A stretch of DNA of 64,000 nucleotides from Vicugna vicugna (lineage: Eukaryota). Shown here in pieces: positions 1-12,800 of this stretch (its first letter is position 1; each line of letters starts with the position of its first letter). Both the position numbers and the translations under genes were made by a program. A model generated the notes under the pieces. It searched no databases, had not been told where the DNA came from, and saw only the letters and a list, made by a program, of their open reading frames with translations. Where the stretch lies: assembly GCA_013265495.1 (NCBI GenBank), contig MU058221.1, positions 1,922,001 to 1,986,000 of the forward strand. The letters run 5' to 3'.

Positions 1-240
1 TGATAGTCTGAACTTATAAAGCTTCTTTATAGGGCTTTTATTCCTTCTTATTTAAAGGCTGTATCTGTGTATACAATTCTTAGACTAATATTTTTCGGAT
101 GTGAAGACAGTGTGCATTAACGGGAGTGAAAAATAAGCAATTGTATTTTCTACAAGTTAAGGTATAACCTAAGGGAGAGGTAGAGTAAGGATGAGGGAAA
201 ATTAATTAATTTTGTTTCATCTATTGAGCTGAAACAATTT

Positions 241-387
241 TTAAAATATTCTATGTTTGTATGTATGTTTGGGGGGAGGTAATTAGGTTTATTTATTTAT
301 TTATTTTTAATGGAGGTACTGGGGATTGAACCCAGGACCTCGTGCATGCTAAGCCTGCACTCAACCCCTGAGATACACCCTCCCCTC
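241..387 (-). mobile_element. Camelid tRNA-derived SINE (Vic-1-like)
   Basis: Reverse complement of a tRNA-like head (GGGGAGGGTGTATCTCAGGGGTTGAGTGCAGGCTTAGCATGCACGAGGTCCTGGGTTCAATCCCCAGTACCTCC) with an A/T-rich tail. Flanking direct repeat TGAGCTGAAA at 225-234 and 388-397. Four related copies occur in the window. Confidence 0.85.
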
Positions 388-621
388 TGAGCTGAAAAAT
401 TTATTAACTGCCCGTTCAATAAGGACACGTTTAACGTTTTCATATGTATAAACATTTTTATGTTGTTCATTACACATCTGCAGTAAATCCAAGGATCTTT
501 TTGTTTTTAATGGTACCTTGATATTTTGCAACTGAAGCCATGAATTCTTGATTGGGGTATGTCAGTTTGCCCACAAACTACTCAGAAACCACAATGGCTC
601 CGTAAGTGGCCAGAGGCTTTG

Positions 622-1207
622 ATGTTCCCGTAACCAAGCAAGTGGGCTGGCTGCCTGCTGTGCAACAGAGAGGCCAAATGCCAGGGCGACGGACTTGTTC
701 AGAGAGAAGAGGCTTTATCGCAGGGTGGCCCACTAAGGAGACAGGAAGCAAAGATCAGATCCGTCTCCCCATCAACGTTTGAATTTTTCTTTTTTTTTTT
801 GGAAATAGTGAGCAAGAGGGTGGGGAGAGGGTGTGGGAGGTGGGTGTAAATTTCAGTGTAAGGTTCAGGAGTTCTCTATGCAGCCCCTGTCCTTGATGCC
901 TCTTCCTGGGTTGCACGTGTAAATTCCAGTGTTGGGGGAGCGGGGTTTCAGTACGTGACCTCTGGTGGTTTTTTGACCTGTGACATGCGAAGTTCACTCT
1001 CAGGCGTTCTAGTCCTTCAGTGCGCTCATGGGAGGGAGGGGCTGTCGGCAAGCTGTTACCATATCTATGGTTTCTCTGACACATTGCCAAAGGGTCTTGG
1101 TGTTCTCCGTGTGTCATTTTGTTTCTATCTTGTTTCTACCTTATGAGCTTTGAGCTGTAAGGTACAGGGTGCAGTTCATTCTCATCTGATTTTTATTGTG
1201 GCTAGAC
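622..1207 (-). mobile_element. Probable ERV solo LTR (older)
   Basis: Begins with TG and has the antisense-LTR-like motif GAGGCTTTATCGCAGGG...AAGGAGACAGGAAG. The right boundary is uncertain and no TSD was confirmed. Confidence 0.5.
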
Positions 1208-1827
1208 AATAGTTCGGTGAGAATCCAGTCTTCCGACTTTATCTTAAATTCATAGGGCCGGAAGCAGTTGTTAAACATCATTAGTGCATTTTTCAGTAAG
1301 GAGGTAGAAATGTCCCTTAACCACCTCGGAAAGAGCTAATTGTCCTCAGCTGTTTCTAAGAAGGGCGTCCCACAATCCTTGTCCTCCATACCCTTCTTCA
1401 GGCATTGATGCCTGCCAGAGTCATTTCACAAAATATGTTCTTCCCCTCTCTAAAATGCAGAAATGGCATAAAGAAGTACATACAGAACTCATTGGGAAAA
1501 GTGCCTGCAACTAAATTTATCCCTCTATTCACTTACGCTTCTGTGTATTTTTAAAATCACATTACCTAACGTGAATTCATTCAACAGGCTTTTTTTTTTT
1601 TTAAATGCCTGCTCCATGCAGAGCATTGGGCTAGAAAGTGTAAGTTTATAACAGAACTGAATCAGAAATCAGGACACCTGGGTCCTTTCTCAAGGTTTTT
1701 GACCCCCTAATTATATGACTAAACAAGTCTCAAACCCTCCAAGGCTTATTTATTTCATCAGTATTTTAATTGCCTTGGACTAGATGATTCAGTGTCTTCT
1801 AGCTATAAAATCGTATAATTCTGCTTG

Positions 1828-2349
1828 TGTTACTGTGTCCAAACTCGTTCTGCCTGCTGCCCGACAGGCCAATAAATCCGGAGATGAGGTGTTGGGGCAA
1901 GGAATAGCGACTTTATTCGGAAAGCCGGCAGACCGAGAAGATGGCAGACTCATGTCCTGGAGAACCGTCTTACTCAAGTCAGAACTCAAGCTCTTTTTAT
2001 ACTAAAAAGGGGAGGGTGTGTGGTCGGCTGTTGCAAACTTCTTGGTGTAGGAATTCTTTGTTCCTGCAGCTGTCCACGTGGGTCAGGTCACGGTGCCCCT
2101 GTAAAACCTCCAACAAAACAAATGTTATTTTCTATTCTGCAACTTACCATCTTTTTATAAGTGCAAAAGTGTTAATGTCCTTTAAGGTCAGAGCCTTGAG
2201 AACAGGCTCTCCTGTCTATTTCAGGCTAAAGGCAACATTATTTTACAAAAGGTGCAGAGCCAGCAAGACTGAGCCTAGAAAACAGGGCACAGGGTTAAAG
2301 CCAAAGGAACAGATCTAATATGGAGTCAGATTTGTTCTTTTCTGTTACA
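1828..2349 (-). mobile_element. ERV1-class solo LTR with 4-bp TSD
   Basis: TG...CA termini (TGTTAC...GTTACA) and a perfect TSD CTTG at 1824-1827 and 2350-2353. AATAAA lies on the minus strand at ~1912. A homologous copy is at 16416-16922. Confidence 0.9.
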
Positions 2350-2854
2350 CTTGTGAGTTTTCCTTAAAATTTCAAGGTATAATGATTTATTTCTTACAGC
2401 GTCCCATTTTTTTTTTCTTTTGAAACATAAACTACTGCTGCATGAGGAAAACCTTCACACCTTCAGTGGCATGTGCTTTCCCTTCTCCAAGAAACCTGCA
2501 GATTTAGTTTCATGAGTCTCTGGGCCAAGGGGGAACTAAAGAACCCATCCCTTTCTTACCTCCCCAGCCTCCCCTCTCTCTTCTTTTTAAAATCGTTCCT
2601 GGACGGGGGATAAAGTCAGTGGCTACCTCCATGTAGGGACTAGCCCAGCATACGTTTGACTTGTTTGGATAATGCAACTGTCTTTGAAACACTATATGGC
2701 ATTAATGAATTTAGAATTAGGCAATATTTATTTATTTAAGAAGTTATACGTACTCGAAGGTTAAGAATGTCTTGCTTATTCCCTAAATCTCATCCCATAG
2801 GACTGTGCAGGCACCTGTCTTACACCCAATCCAGCTCCAGATTCCCATTACATT

Positions 2855-3775
2855 AATAAACAAATTTGTTGAGGTGTATTTCATATGTATAATAAAGTAC
2901 ACCCATTTTAAATACTGTTGTGTTGGTAAATGTACCTGTGTAACCACCACTGTAATCAAGATACAGAGTATTTCCATTTTCCTAAAAAATGCCCTTCTAC
3001 TTAATCTGTTTCTTGCCTCCGTGGTTTAGTTTTTCCTGTTCCTGAAGTGATTATAGATTGAATCATAGAAATGTACTCATTTTTGTCTCCCTTTTTCCTT
3101 GTGTATGTGTTTGAGATTTGTCTATAATTTTTGAGTATTTAAACTTCTAAAAGAAATTATAGGAGGAAATCTTTGTGATTTGGGGTTAGGCAAAGATGTC
3201 TTAAATCGTACCCAGCAAGCACTAATCATGCAATTAAAAGCGAAAGATAAACTAGACTTTATCAAAATTAAAAAAAAATGAAACTTTTGTTCTTCAGAGG
3301 ACACAGGATTTGCTGCATTTGTGTGTCTATCTCTATATAGCTGCGAACGGACTAATTGTTCTAATTGTGCAGAGAATTCTTGCATCTCAATAAGGCAAAC
3401 AATCCAACTGAAAAATGAATAAAAGATCTGAAGAAATATTTAATGAAAGATATATGAATAGCCAATAAGCACATGCAAAGGTGATTAAATCTGTTATTCA
3501 CCCAAATAATGAAATTTAAAACCCCCCAAATGATACCACAGCACAAACACTGAAATGGCTGAGTTTTAAAAGACTGATAATGTCGAGGGAACTGAAGCCC
3601 TCACACGTTGCTGGCGGGACTATAACGTTTTTCTCTTAATGTTCAAACTACTTCTGCTGTACAAACCCGAAATTCCACTCCCAGGTGAAGTGAAAACACA
3701 AAGACATTTATGTGAACATTTTAGCAGCTTTACTCAAAGTAGCTTCAAACTAAAAACAACCCAAATATCCTATGA
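2855..3775. mobile_element. Old L1 fragments (3'UTR piece on minus, ORF2-end piece on plus)
   Basis: L1-like motifs GTAACCACCACTGTAATCAAGATACAGAG (minus orientation) and ACTAGACTTTATCAAAATTAAAA...GCCAATAAGCACATG (plus orientation). Confidence 0.65.
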
Positions 3776-6767
3776 ACCCCCATCTTAAAATTGCTTTTTT
3801 GAAGTAGGAAGCAAAGGTGCTGTAATCGTTTATTTAGACACGTGCTGTTCGTTCTGTGTAACCTGGCAGCAGAGCAGAGGAGATGCGTTCAGAAAGATTT
3901 GTAACAGTGACAGGAAGTCCAGAGGGTGGGCGGCTCCAGGTGTCCGACCTCAGCTCAGCCTCCCCCGTCTGTCCTCTCTGCCCGCTTCTGTGTCCGGACC
4001 TCGTGCTCAGCGTGTCTGGGGTGGCTGCTGCAGTTCTGAGCACCCCGTCATGCAGCAGTGACGTCCCTTCCAGAAAAACAAACAAACAAAAAAGAGGAAA
4101 CTTCTGCTGAAAGTCCTCCATGGCATCTGATGCCACTGGCCAGCATTAGGTCCCCAGTCCCTCAGCAGAAGGGGGAAAGGAGTGCCGTGTTTGACAGGTG
4201 TAGGCTGAGGCGGATCCGCCTGCTGGGCTGGGCTGGGGTCAGCGTCCCCTGAAGCCCCTGGCAGTGTGGAGGGGACTTAGCGCACAGCTGGGCTGAGTGG
4301 CAGCTCAGTGAAGGAAAAGGGCAATGATGTTGGTCAGCAGGCAGCAGTGTTTTGTTACAGTTTGTTTAGAGGCCTCCATGATGTTCTCAGTCTTGAGAAC
4401 GTGGGGAAGAGGCTGAAGCCGAAAACTAAGACCGTAGTCACCGTTTCTGTTGCTGTGGGGATGTGTACAAGCACAGGTGACAGACGTATCCCAGGAAAAG
4501 AGGGAGGAGGAACTCGGGTCCTGGCTCACAGCGCGAACGGGGAGGGAGGGAGTCTAGATCCAAGGGAATCGTTCGCAGTGGGCGAGCACACCCACAGCGG
4601 CGAGCAGAGCCAGGCGCACCGGGGCCCGCGGAGCTGGGACAGGAGGCAGAGTCAGTGCTGGCAGCAGTCTGGAATCCAGGCAGGCAGACTCGACTGCAGT
4701 TTGCCCATCTGTGAAATCAGGGCCTCCGGCGAGAAGATTTTTCATGTTTTGCTTGTTAAGGCAGAAGCTAAAACAGTAATTATTCTCCATTTTTTTCTTA
4801 AAGGTGTTCCCAGCCTCTTTAGATTCTGTGTCAAGGATAGGAGCTACGCCTTGGTTTTATTTTATTTTTTTTCTAATATTTCCTTGTTACAAACCTGGGC
4901 CCCCATTAGAGCCTGACTAAATGCTCACTGATTGAATTAAGTCCCCAAACTCACTCTATCTTTGAATGAATCCTACAGGATTCTGTTTAACAAAATGTTG
5001 CAGTCACTCATCAGATACTTTCTTACAGATTATTCAAAATGCCCTTCTGGGGTCCACAGTCCGGGGTCCACAGTCCTGGGTCCACGTGGAAGTAAGATAC
5101 AGTACTTGGCCCCGTGAGTTGACAGTCTAGTAAAGGGGTGAAAAGCACCTGAATGGGTTTACTTCCAGAGTGTGACAGCGTGTGCATTACAGTGCGGTAC
5201 TGACTTCTCGGGGGCTTGGGCCAGAAGCCCAGGCAGACGCACGACTGGAAACGTGAGCGAGGGATCGGAGACGGTTGGAGGAGGGGGTGACCTTGCATTC
5301 GTGCTTTTAAATCTAGTCCTGCCTTGCTCTGGGAACTGGGACACGGGCTGAGCCAGCAGGGAGATGGGATTGAAGAGCACAGCAGAGGGAGAGGGGAAGT
5401 CAGGTCCAGGAGAGCGGGACCTGGGGTGCTGGTCACTGCTGAGTTTGGCAGCTGGAAAGTGGGACTGAAGTGAGGAGGAGGGGCTGGGAGTCGAGAAATA
5501 TTTTGGCATTATCTGTGTAAAAATATCTCAAGAATGTGATAACAGAGGATACAGTTTCAAAAAGAACTTGTTTTGCCGTTGACACTTCAATAATACACGC
5601 CTATTGTAGAACATTTTGAAAGCAGCCAGAAAAAGAAACTTGAAAATAAAAATTACTGCCGTCCAACTATCCAGTGAACATTTGGTGAAGTTCTAGTTTT
5701 TTCTCCCCCGTTGAGTATATCTGAATTTATCGCATGGAGGTCTTTTTAAAGCATAGCTGAAATCTAATTTAGTGTTCTAATTTTTTTTTTTAACTAAGCC
5801 TATCTAAGTATTTACTGGGATAATACAGATTGTCCCTCCGCGTTAATTTCTACGTGATGGAGTACTGGAATTTAAGTCTTCAGTTTTGGGCTATCAGCCG
5901 AGGTGAAATGTTTGCATCAGTCTGCCTTCAGACATGGGCCGTGTCACGGGCAGGAGGCTGACTTGGGGCGTCATGAAAGTGCCTTGAAGATACAGATGGT
6001 CGGTGTCTGTGTAGTGACAGAGATGTGTATTTTATACTTACTTAAATGGTCACATGTTACTGTACACCTCATTTTTACTTCACATACAGCTTAGCTGCTA
6101 ATCTGAATTATCACCTTTTTTCTCCTCTGCTGCCTGTTACTTTGTAGTGTGATTATGCCGTGCTTTATTGACTCCTTATGTTTTCATAGACATTTCGTTT
6201 GCTCCTGCTATTTTGCTATTTCAGACAGTGCTGGGGTGAACATCCTTATATCAATTTCTTGCCCACATGAACTAGTGTTTATTTTTTCGAAGGACAGATT
6301 GATAACTGTAATTTTGGGTCATGAGATGTGTCTTGTCGATGTTAATAGTGGGTGCCTAACTGCTCTTCAGAATAGTACTAATTTATTTTCCGTCAGCAGA
6401 TATGAAAGTGCGTACTTCCTGCTCTTTTACTAATACATGATAATTTTAAACTTGGAAACACTTATCAATGAATAGGGAAGAGTGGTAGCTCTTTTGTCAT
6501 GTGAATTTGCTTCGCGGATTTCTAGGAAGGTTGTTTATCTTCTGTGTTTTGGACTAATGGCCTCCTGTTTTGCTTCTGCTGTGACAAGTGTGTTCATATC
6601 TCTGCCTGTGTTTTTCTAGTGGATTATTTACCTTATTTTAATTTATAAGGCTTGTTTATTCTCGGGGTATAAAAACTTCTGTTGTTAAACTGTTACAACT
6701 ACTCTTGCTTAGAATATGTTGTGATAGCCGTTAAGTGATGGTTTTCTGTTTTCCAAAGTTCCTCATC

Positions 6768-6906
6768 TTTTTTTTTTGATGGGAGGGGTAATTAGATAGA
6801 TAGATTGATTGGTTGATTGATTTTAATGAAGGTACGGGGGACTGAACCCAGGACCTCCTGCATGCTAAGCATGCACTCTACCCCTGAGCTACGCCCTACC
6901 CTCCCC
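6768..6906 (-). mobile_element. Vic-1-like SINE
   Basis: GGTACGGGGGACTGAACCCAGGACCTCCTGCATGCTAAGCATGCACTCTACCCCTGAGCTA, homologous to the other SINE copies. Confidence 0.85.
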
Positions 6907-8989
6907 GTATCTATTTTTGTATATTTTCTGCAGAAGGATGTAATAACCAGGTTTTCAAATTTCTAAATAACTCCTTTGCTATTTAAATGGATATTGTATT
7001 TAATTTAAGTCAATTTGAAGGAGAAGTGACAACTGTCTAATTCAGTCTTTCTTTTGCCATGCCTCTTCATTTGTCACGGTCTTCTTTTTTGTGTGTCCCT
7101 CGGTGTTACACATTGTTTTCTTTGTAGGAAAAAGTCTTTCTCATTCTGTCCTATGTTTATTGCCATCTTGTTTGTAGTTTCTCTTGTTGTTGGGGAAAGT
7201 TTTCTTTTCCTTTTTCATTTCCTAAAAGAGCGGTGTAGAAATTACTCCTTTTGCTTTTTGTATGTGGCTTTAAGTCCAGTCGCCTTATTGAAACACTTTA
7301 TTAGTTCAAAAAATTTGTTCTTTGTCTTGCGTTTCTCTTACCAATTTGTATGACCTTTTTATATGTTATGATAGCAGTTTATGGTTCACATATGTATATG
7401 AAAATAATAACATTAATACTCACATATTTTCTTTTAGTTTTTTTCCTAATTTTAAATAAAAATACCTTTTAAAGCTAGATTTAGTATGAATGAGTCATTC
7501 TTCATATATGAAATACTTTGCACTGTAGTCTAAACACCCTTTTTTGGTTTTAAAATTATTCTCAACATTTGTATCTTCCATAGTAACCCAGATACATTAT
7601 TATATTTACACCACCATCAGTATATTTTTTTAACCTTCCCGTACATGTAAAGTGTATACATGGATGTCATGTACTCACTTCCAAACATTCACTTAGTAAT
7701 TTTCTCCGTCTCTGTGAGTATTTTTGTGTGTGACCCTTCAAATACATCACTTAGTCTTTTCCGGACCTTAGACTAGGTCGAGTGAGCAGTGTTCTGGTGA
7801 TGATGATAACTCGCTTATGAGATTGCTCATGATATTGAACTTTTAGAAGTGTGTCGAAATGACTGTTCTTTGGCTGTCTGATATCTTAAAGACCATCTTG
7901 TCAGCATTTCCACATTGAAGCTTTATGCTGCACACCACAGCCATCCTGCAATCAGCATTGCTTTCTTAGAAAGCGTTAAGTATTAAGACAGTGGCCGGTT
8001 CAGTAACACTAAGGAGCTTTGGAAGTCTCTAATTCTTGCCCAGAATTTAATTTTTTGGCACTGGATCTTTTTCAAACCTCAGGGGAAGCTTAACTTTGGT
8101 TTTATTTTCATGATCTTCTTTTATGGTGAAAAATTATTGTTTTGAATGGAAACACTTCACTGATTCTGCAAATTGAGAAAATGGGCAAATTGCCTTGAAT
8201 TGTAATTATTCATCTGGTCTAGGCTTTATACATACGTATCAGTAGTGACTTATCATTAAAGAACCCGTCCCCTACAATCCTGTGGGCCACACTGAGATAC
8301 TGTAAATAGACGAGGTAACTTTACTGTTGAAAACTGGGACTCTTCTCTGTGGAGTGTGGAGTACAGACGTGAAATTAGGAGCAAGTGGCCAGTTGATTCA
8401 TAGAGTTGTAAGATATTTGTATTAATGCTAAATCACTAAACCTAATTCTCAGAAATGTCATTAACTTTATAATAGTTCTGTTTTTTCCTAAAGAATTACA
8501 CAAGAAGTGTCCGTTACAGCGTAATTAGTATCAGAGGTTTGAATAAAGATATCACTGAACAGAATATACCTGTTCTCTGTTCTAGCCTGCTTGAGTAATT
8601 TGAGATAGATCTGTTTATCTGGTGGAATTTTCTTGCTGCCTGGCTGCCCGTGGAAAGAATTTTGTTGCTGTTTCTGTTATGAATAGCTGATCTCTGAAAT
8701 CCAGATATATTATGTTTTATTTTTGCTCACCTTAACTTAACAGTTGCAGAATTGTCCTTAACAAAAATGAGTTAATGTACAAAAGTAAATACTTCTTTTT
8801 GAGCATTTATTTAACATATTTTATATCCAAATTGTAAATATGTGACATCATTAAAAGTTTTATTAGGTAGAATGTTAACTTTGAGCAGATTTTATTTCTA
8901 TATTTACTATAATTATAAAAGCAACTTATACTGTTACTGTTTTGCCTTTTATTCAAGCAAGTGCAAACGTGGTAATACGAAAATATCAA

Positions 8990-9868
8990 AGACTTGTAGA
9001 CTGAAAATTCTAACCCCTAAACTAAAAGAACATGAAAACCTAAATAAATGGAAAGGCATCCACGTTCACAGACAGGAAGACTTAATATGGTAGTGTTCCC
9101 CAAATTCATCTACAGAGTCAATGCTGTTGCTGTCCAAATCCCAGCTGCCTTTTTTCCTGAAATCTACAAACAGTCCTAAAATTCATGTGGAAAGCAAGAA
9201 CAGCCAAAAATAGTTTTTAAAAGGAGGAACGAAATTTGGGGACTCACTCTTCTCAATTTCAAAACTGACTGTAAAGCTACAGTCATCCAGGCTGAGTGGC
9301 GCTGCATGAGCATGGGCGTGTAGATCCGTGGACTGTACCCAAGAGAAAGGAAACATCAGTCCACACAGAGCCCTGTATACCGACATTCGTAGTGTTACCT
9401 GTTACAGCCAGAAAGCGGAACACACTGATGGGCATCAGCTGAAGGATGGATAAACGAGGTAGTATGTCCAGGCACTGGGATAATGCTCAGTCATGAGCAG
9501 GAGTAAGTACTGATGCATGTGAAAACGTGAAGAACCTTGAAGATATTATGTTAAGTGAAACAGAACATCACATACTATATGATTCCATTGAAATGAAATG
9601 TCCAGAATAGACAAATCTCTATGGACAAAAAAATAAGAGTAGTGGTTGCCAGGGCTGGGAAAGGGAGAAGTTCTGAGTGAATACCAGTGGGTGTGAGTTT
9701 TCTTTTTGAGCTGATGGAAGTTCTGGATGGCTTCACCTACTGGTTGTGCATATATGAAAACAAAACAAAACAAAACAAAACAAACAAAACAAAACAGAAA
9801 AAGCCCTGACTTTTACACTTTAAAATGGTCAACATTATGGCACGTGAATTATGTTTCAATAAAAAATG
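8990..9868 (+). mobile_element. Old L1 (L1M-type) ORF2/3'UTR fragment with internal deletions
   Basis: AACCTAAATAAATGGAAAGGCATCCACGTTCA, GGACTCACTCTTCTCAATTTCAAAACT and a 3' end GTGAATTATGTTTCAATAAAAAA; contains an (AAAAC)n tract. Confidence 0.75.
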
Positions 9869-12800
9869 TAAGGCTAACATGTCAAATAATTATTTGTTTT
9901 TTTTTCCATTTGGAAATTAGAAGTTACTCCTTGTCGTAATTTTAAATCATACGTTTTTCACAAGAGATGAACTGAAAGCTAATACATGTCATAGAATCGA
10001 ATGTTACTGTTTTCCTGTAATCAGGAGAAGGAATGTTTGACTTTGAAAGTGGTATTTAACTCTTACGCTCACATCGAGCCATAACATAGCTGAAAAAACA
10101 TTTTTAACTTGCCTTTCTTAGGCAAGACACCCCGTTTAGAATACCAAGATGAATAAGGCATGGCTTCAGTCCTTAGGACCCCCAATGGTATAGCACGACA
10201 GAGGCCATAAGTAAGTAACCAGAGAATGTGGCAAGGAGCAGAGGCGTGGGCAGCGCTCTGGATCAAAATAATGAAGGAGTATTAAAGGTCAAACAAAATT
10301 AGAAAAAAGGTGAAGAAGTTTGACATTTGAACGGGAACTTGCAGAACGTGTAGACGTTTCTCAGAAAAATCAGGAAGAGCATCCAGGCTAAAGAGAAAGG
10401 ATGAGGTAGGATTGCAATTTTAGGGACCAACGAATGATATGGTTGCCGGGTGCTTAGAGCGCGGATGGTATACGAGGTGACGGGAAAGGTGGGGAAAACA
10501 GCCCTGGTTGTATAGGCGTCAGAGGGCTTAGGAGCCGTCAGGATGCGAGAGACTGAGGGCAAAGGCAGAGGTAAGGGTAACTCAGATTTTTATCGCTTGT
10601 CCTCCTGGTCTAAAACATAGCTTGGGAGTCCGCTGATGTTTGGTTTGGGTGCCGTTAAATTGGAGGAGCTCACAGATGCGAGTTTTCAGTAGACATTTAC
10701 GTGTGAGGTGCTGGACTTCTCAGTTGTGTGCATTCAAGTTAGAAATTTTGGAGCGAAGACGGATGTGGCAGTTTAAAGAAGTCGGTGACGTGTCCAGAGG
10801 TTGTCCAAGTGCTGTGAGACCGTGGACTCTGCATCCCCCAGGACGCCAGTCACTGAAGGGAAGATCAAAGAATGAAAAGCACTTGATGAGAAAGAAAGTG
10901 AGGCATCCTATGAGGGTGTTTACAAGGAAGTCAAGAAATCAGCAAAGTGCAGGGTGAAACAAAAGCATGGCAGACAGAGAAACGTTACTCTCCCTTCAAA
11001 CGCTTGGTTCTGTTTTTTTAACCCAGAACGTACAGCGGCGAGGAGAGGCAGATCGTAAAATCAGATCTTGCATCTGATCGTTGCTTCCACCCATGAGGTG
11101 TCTGGGTTTGACAGCCAGGGGAAGGAGGGAGGGGACGGGATGGCACAGCCGGCTGGGAGGCTCTGCTGTGGCCAGAGCTGTGGCCGCCCTGCCGCCCGGT
11201 CTGCGGGGTGCCCGGAGCTCATGGTGATGACAGGAGGCAGGAGGAAGTGGCCAGCTCAGCGGCCAGACCATGACCCCGTGACCAGTGCACAGTCAGCTTC
11301 GAAGGCCGCTTGTGCTGTTGGAGTTGGTTTCCCTTCATCCTGATTTCTGATGCTTAAGCCAGCGGGATTTTCCCTCTAGTTGCGTTTTCATCACCACACT
11401 CACTGGTCGATTATTGGCACGGGTAATGTTTTAAAAATGCAGCTTGCTAAACGAAACTGTAACTCTTACAAGTTTAGTGGTTTGTGCAAAATATGCTGTC
11501 AGTAAAGGAGGGAAGAGCCGTATCTCTCGTTACCAGTGTGCCTCAGGGCTCCAGCAAAAAAAATTAAAAAAGTGTTTTACTAATGGTGCCCGTGTAACTA
11601 GCAGAAATACTTTTATCGGCAAAGAGGAAACATGTTTCAGGGTATGTGGCCTCTGCCAAGTTGTTTTCGCACCGTTGTTCTGTGCACAGGCAGAGTGGTC
11701 ATGATTTTAGTGTCGGAGGAGGTGGAGGTGAGCCCTCCGTGAACTGGTTTTCTCAGCTTTTTCTCAGATGGGAAGAAAGAGGGTCCCAAGTGCGCCGTGT
11801 TTCCAGCGGGGAAGGGTGATGAGATGCTGTCTCGAGACCAGGGAGGGTCAGGACTAAACAGAGGCCGCTGCATTTGTTCAGTAAGAAGTGGATCCCATGT
11901 TGACCTTTGCCAAAGTAGTTTCAGGAAAATGACCCACTGAGAAATCGGGAACAGCGCTGAACTGAAGAGTGACTGAGAAGAGCGGAACTGGAAGTTCGTC
12001 TCAAGCTGTTTGACAGCGTTGGGCGCTGAACGGCAGGGGAGGAGGGGAGGTGTAAAGGGAAAGTTCAGCTTAGTTTGCTGGTTTTAAATGGAGCAGCTGG
12101 AGCATGGGAAGACATCCTGGTAGGGGCTTCACTGGCAGAGCAGTGTCCTAACCTAGGTGGAGAGCGGAGAGTTGAAGAGTGTTGCCACGTTTTCAAAATG
12201 TTGTGCTTCATCCGCACAATGTCTGTTATTGCTGCCGGATTGCAAACCCCAGAATTTGGTGGAGGGCTAGAATGAAGCTGCTAGTTTTGCTTTGCTTTAT
12301 GTGACAGAGAAATTGCTGCAGGTTAGTTCTGTGATTATCATCCCCTTCTGTCAGCCATGAAGGAGGTTTATGATTTAGAGAAATCCTTTTGTAAAGTTAA
12401 TGCCACGACTTGTGGCATTTCTACTTGCTAGTGAATAGACATTTTCCTGCAGTTGAAGGACAAGCCTTGATGACTTACATTTGCTTTTGTTCCATTCTCT
12501 CATTTCTCTTGTGTATGACAAATCAATTTATAAACACTAAATGCAAGACAAGCTAAGTTCTTAATTCGTACTTTTAAAAAAAGTGTTGAAAGCGTTAGGA
12601 GTTGTTCCTCAGACATGAGCAATAGACTTATCAAACTTGGAAAATAATCAAATGTTATGGTTTTGCATTTATATACCTACTAATTAGGAAATTAAATGGC
12701 ATTTCCATAGCAACAGAAGCAGTCTCCTTGCACACTTGTTTTATGCCTGCAATGATGCACCACAGGTGCCCAGGAACAGCAGCCGAACAGCCTAGACGGG

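Noticed and set aside
4308..4916. 202-aa plus-strand ORF
   Set aside because: Non-ATG start, overlaps MIR-like sequence, and has no recognisable domain or exon structure.
5049..5087. Short tandem repeat (GGGGTCCACAGTCC-like, ~2.7 copies) as a CRISPR-like array
   Set aside because: No spacers and mammalian DNA; a simple minisatellite.
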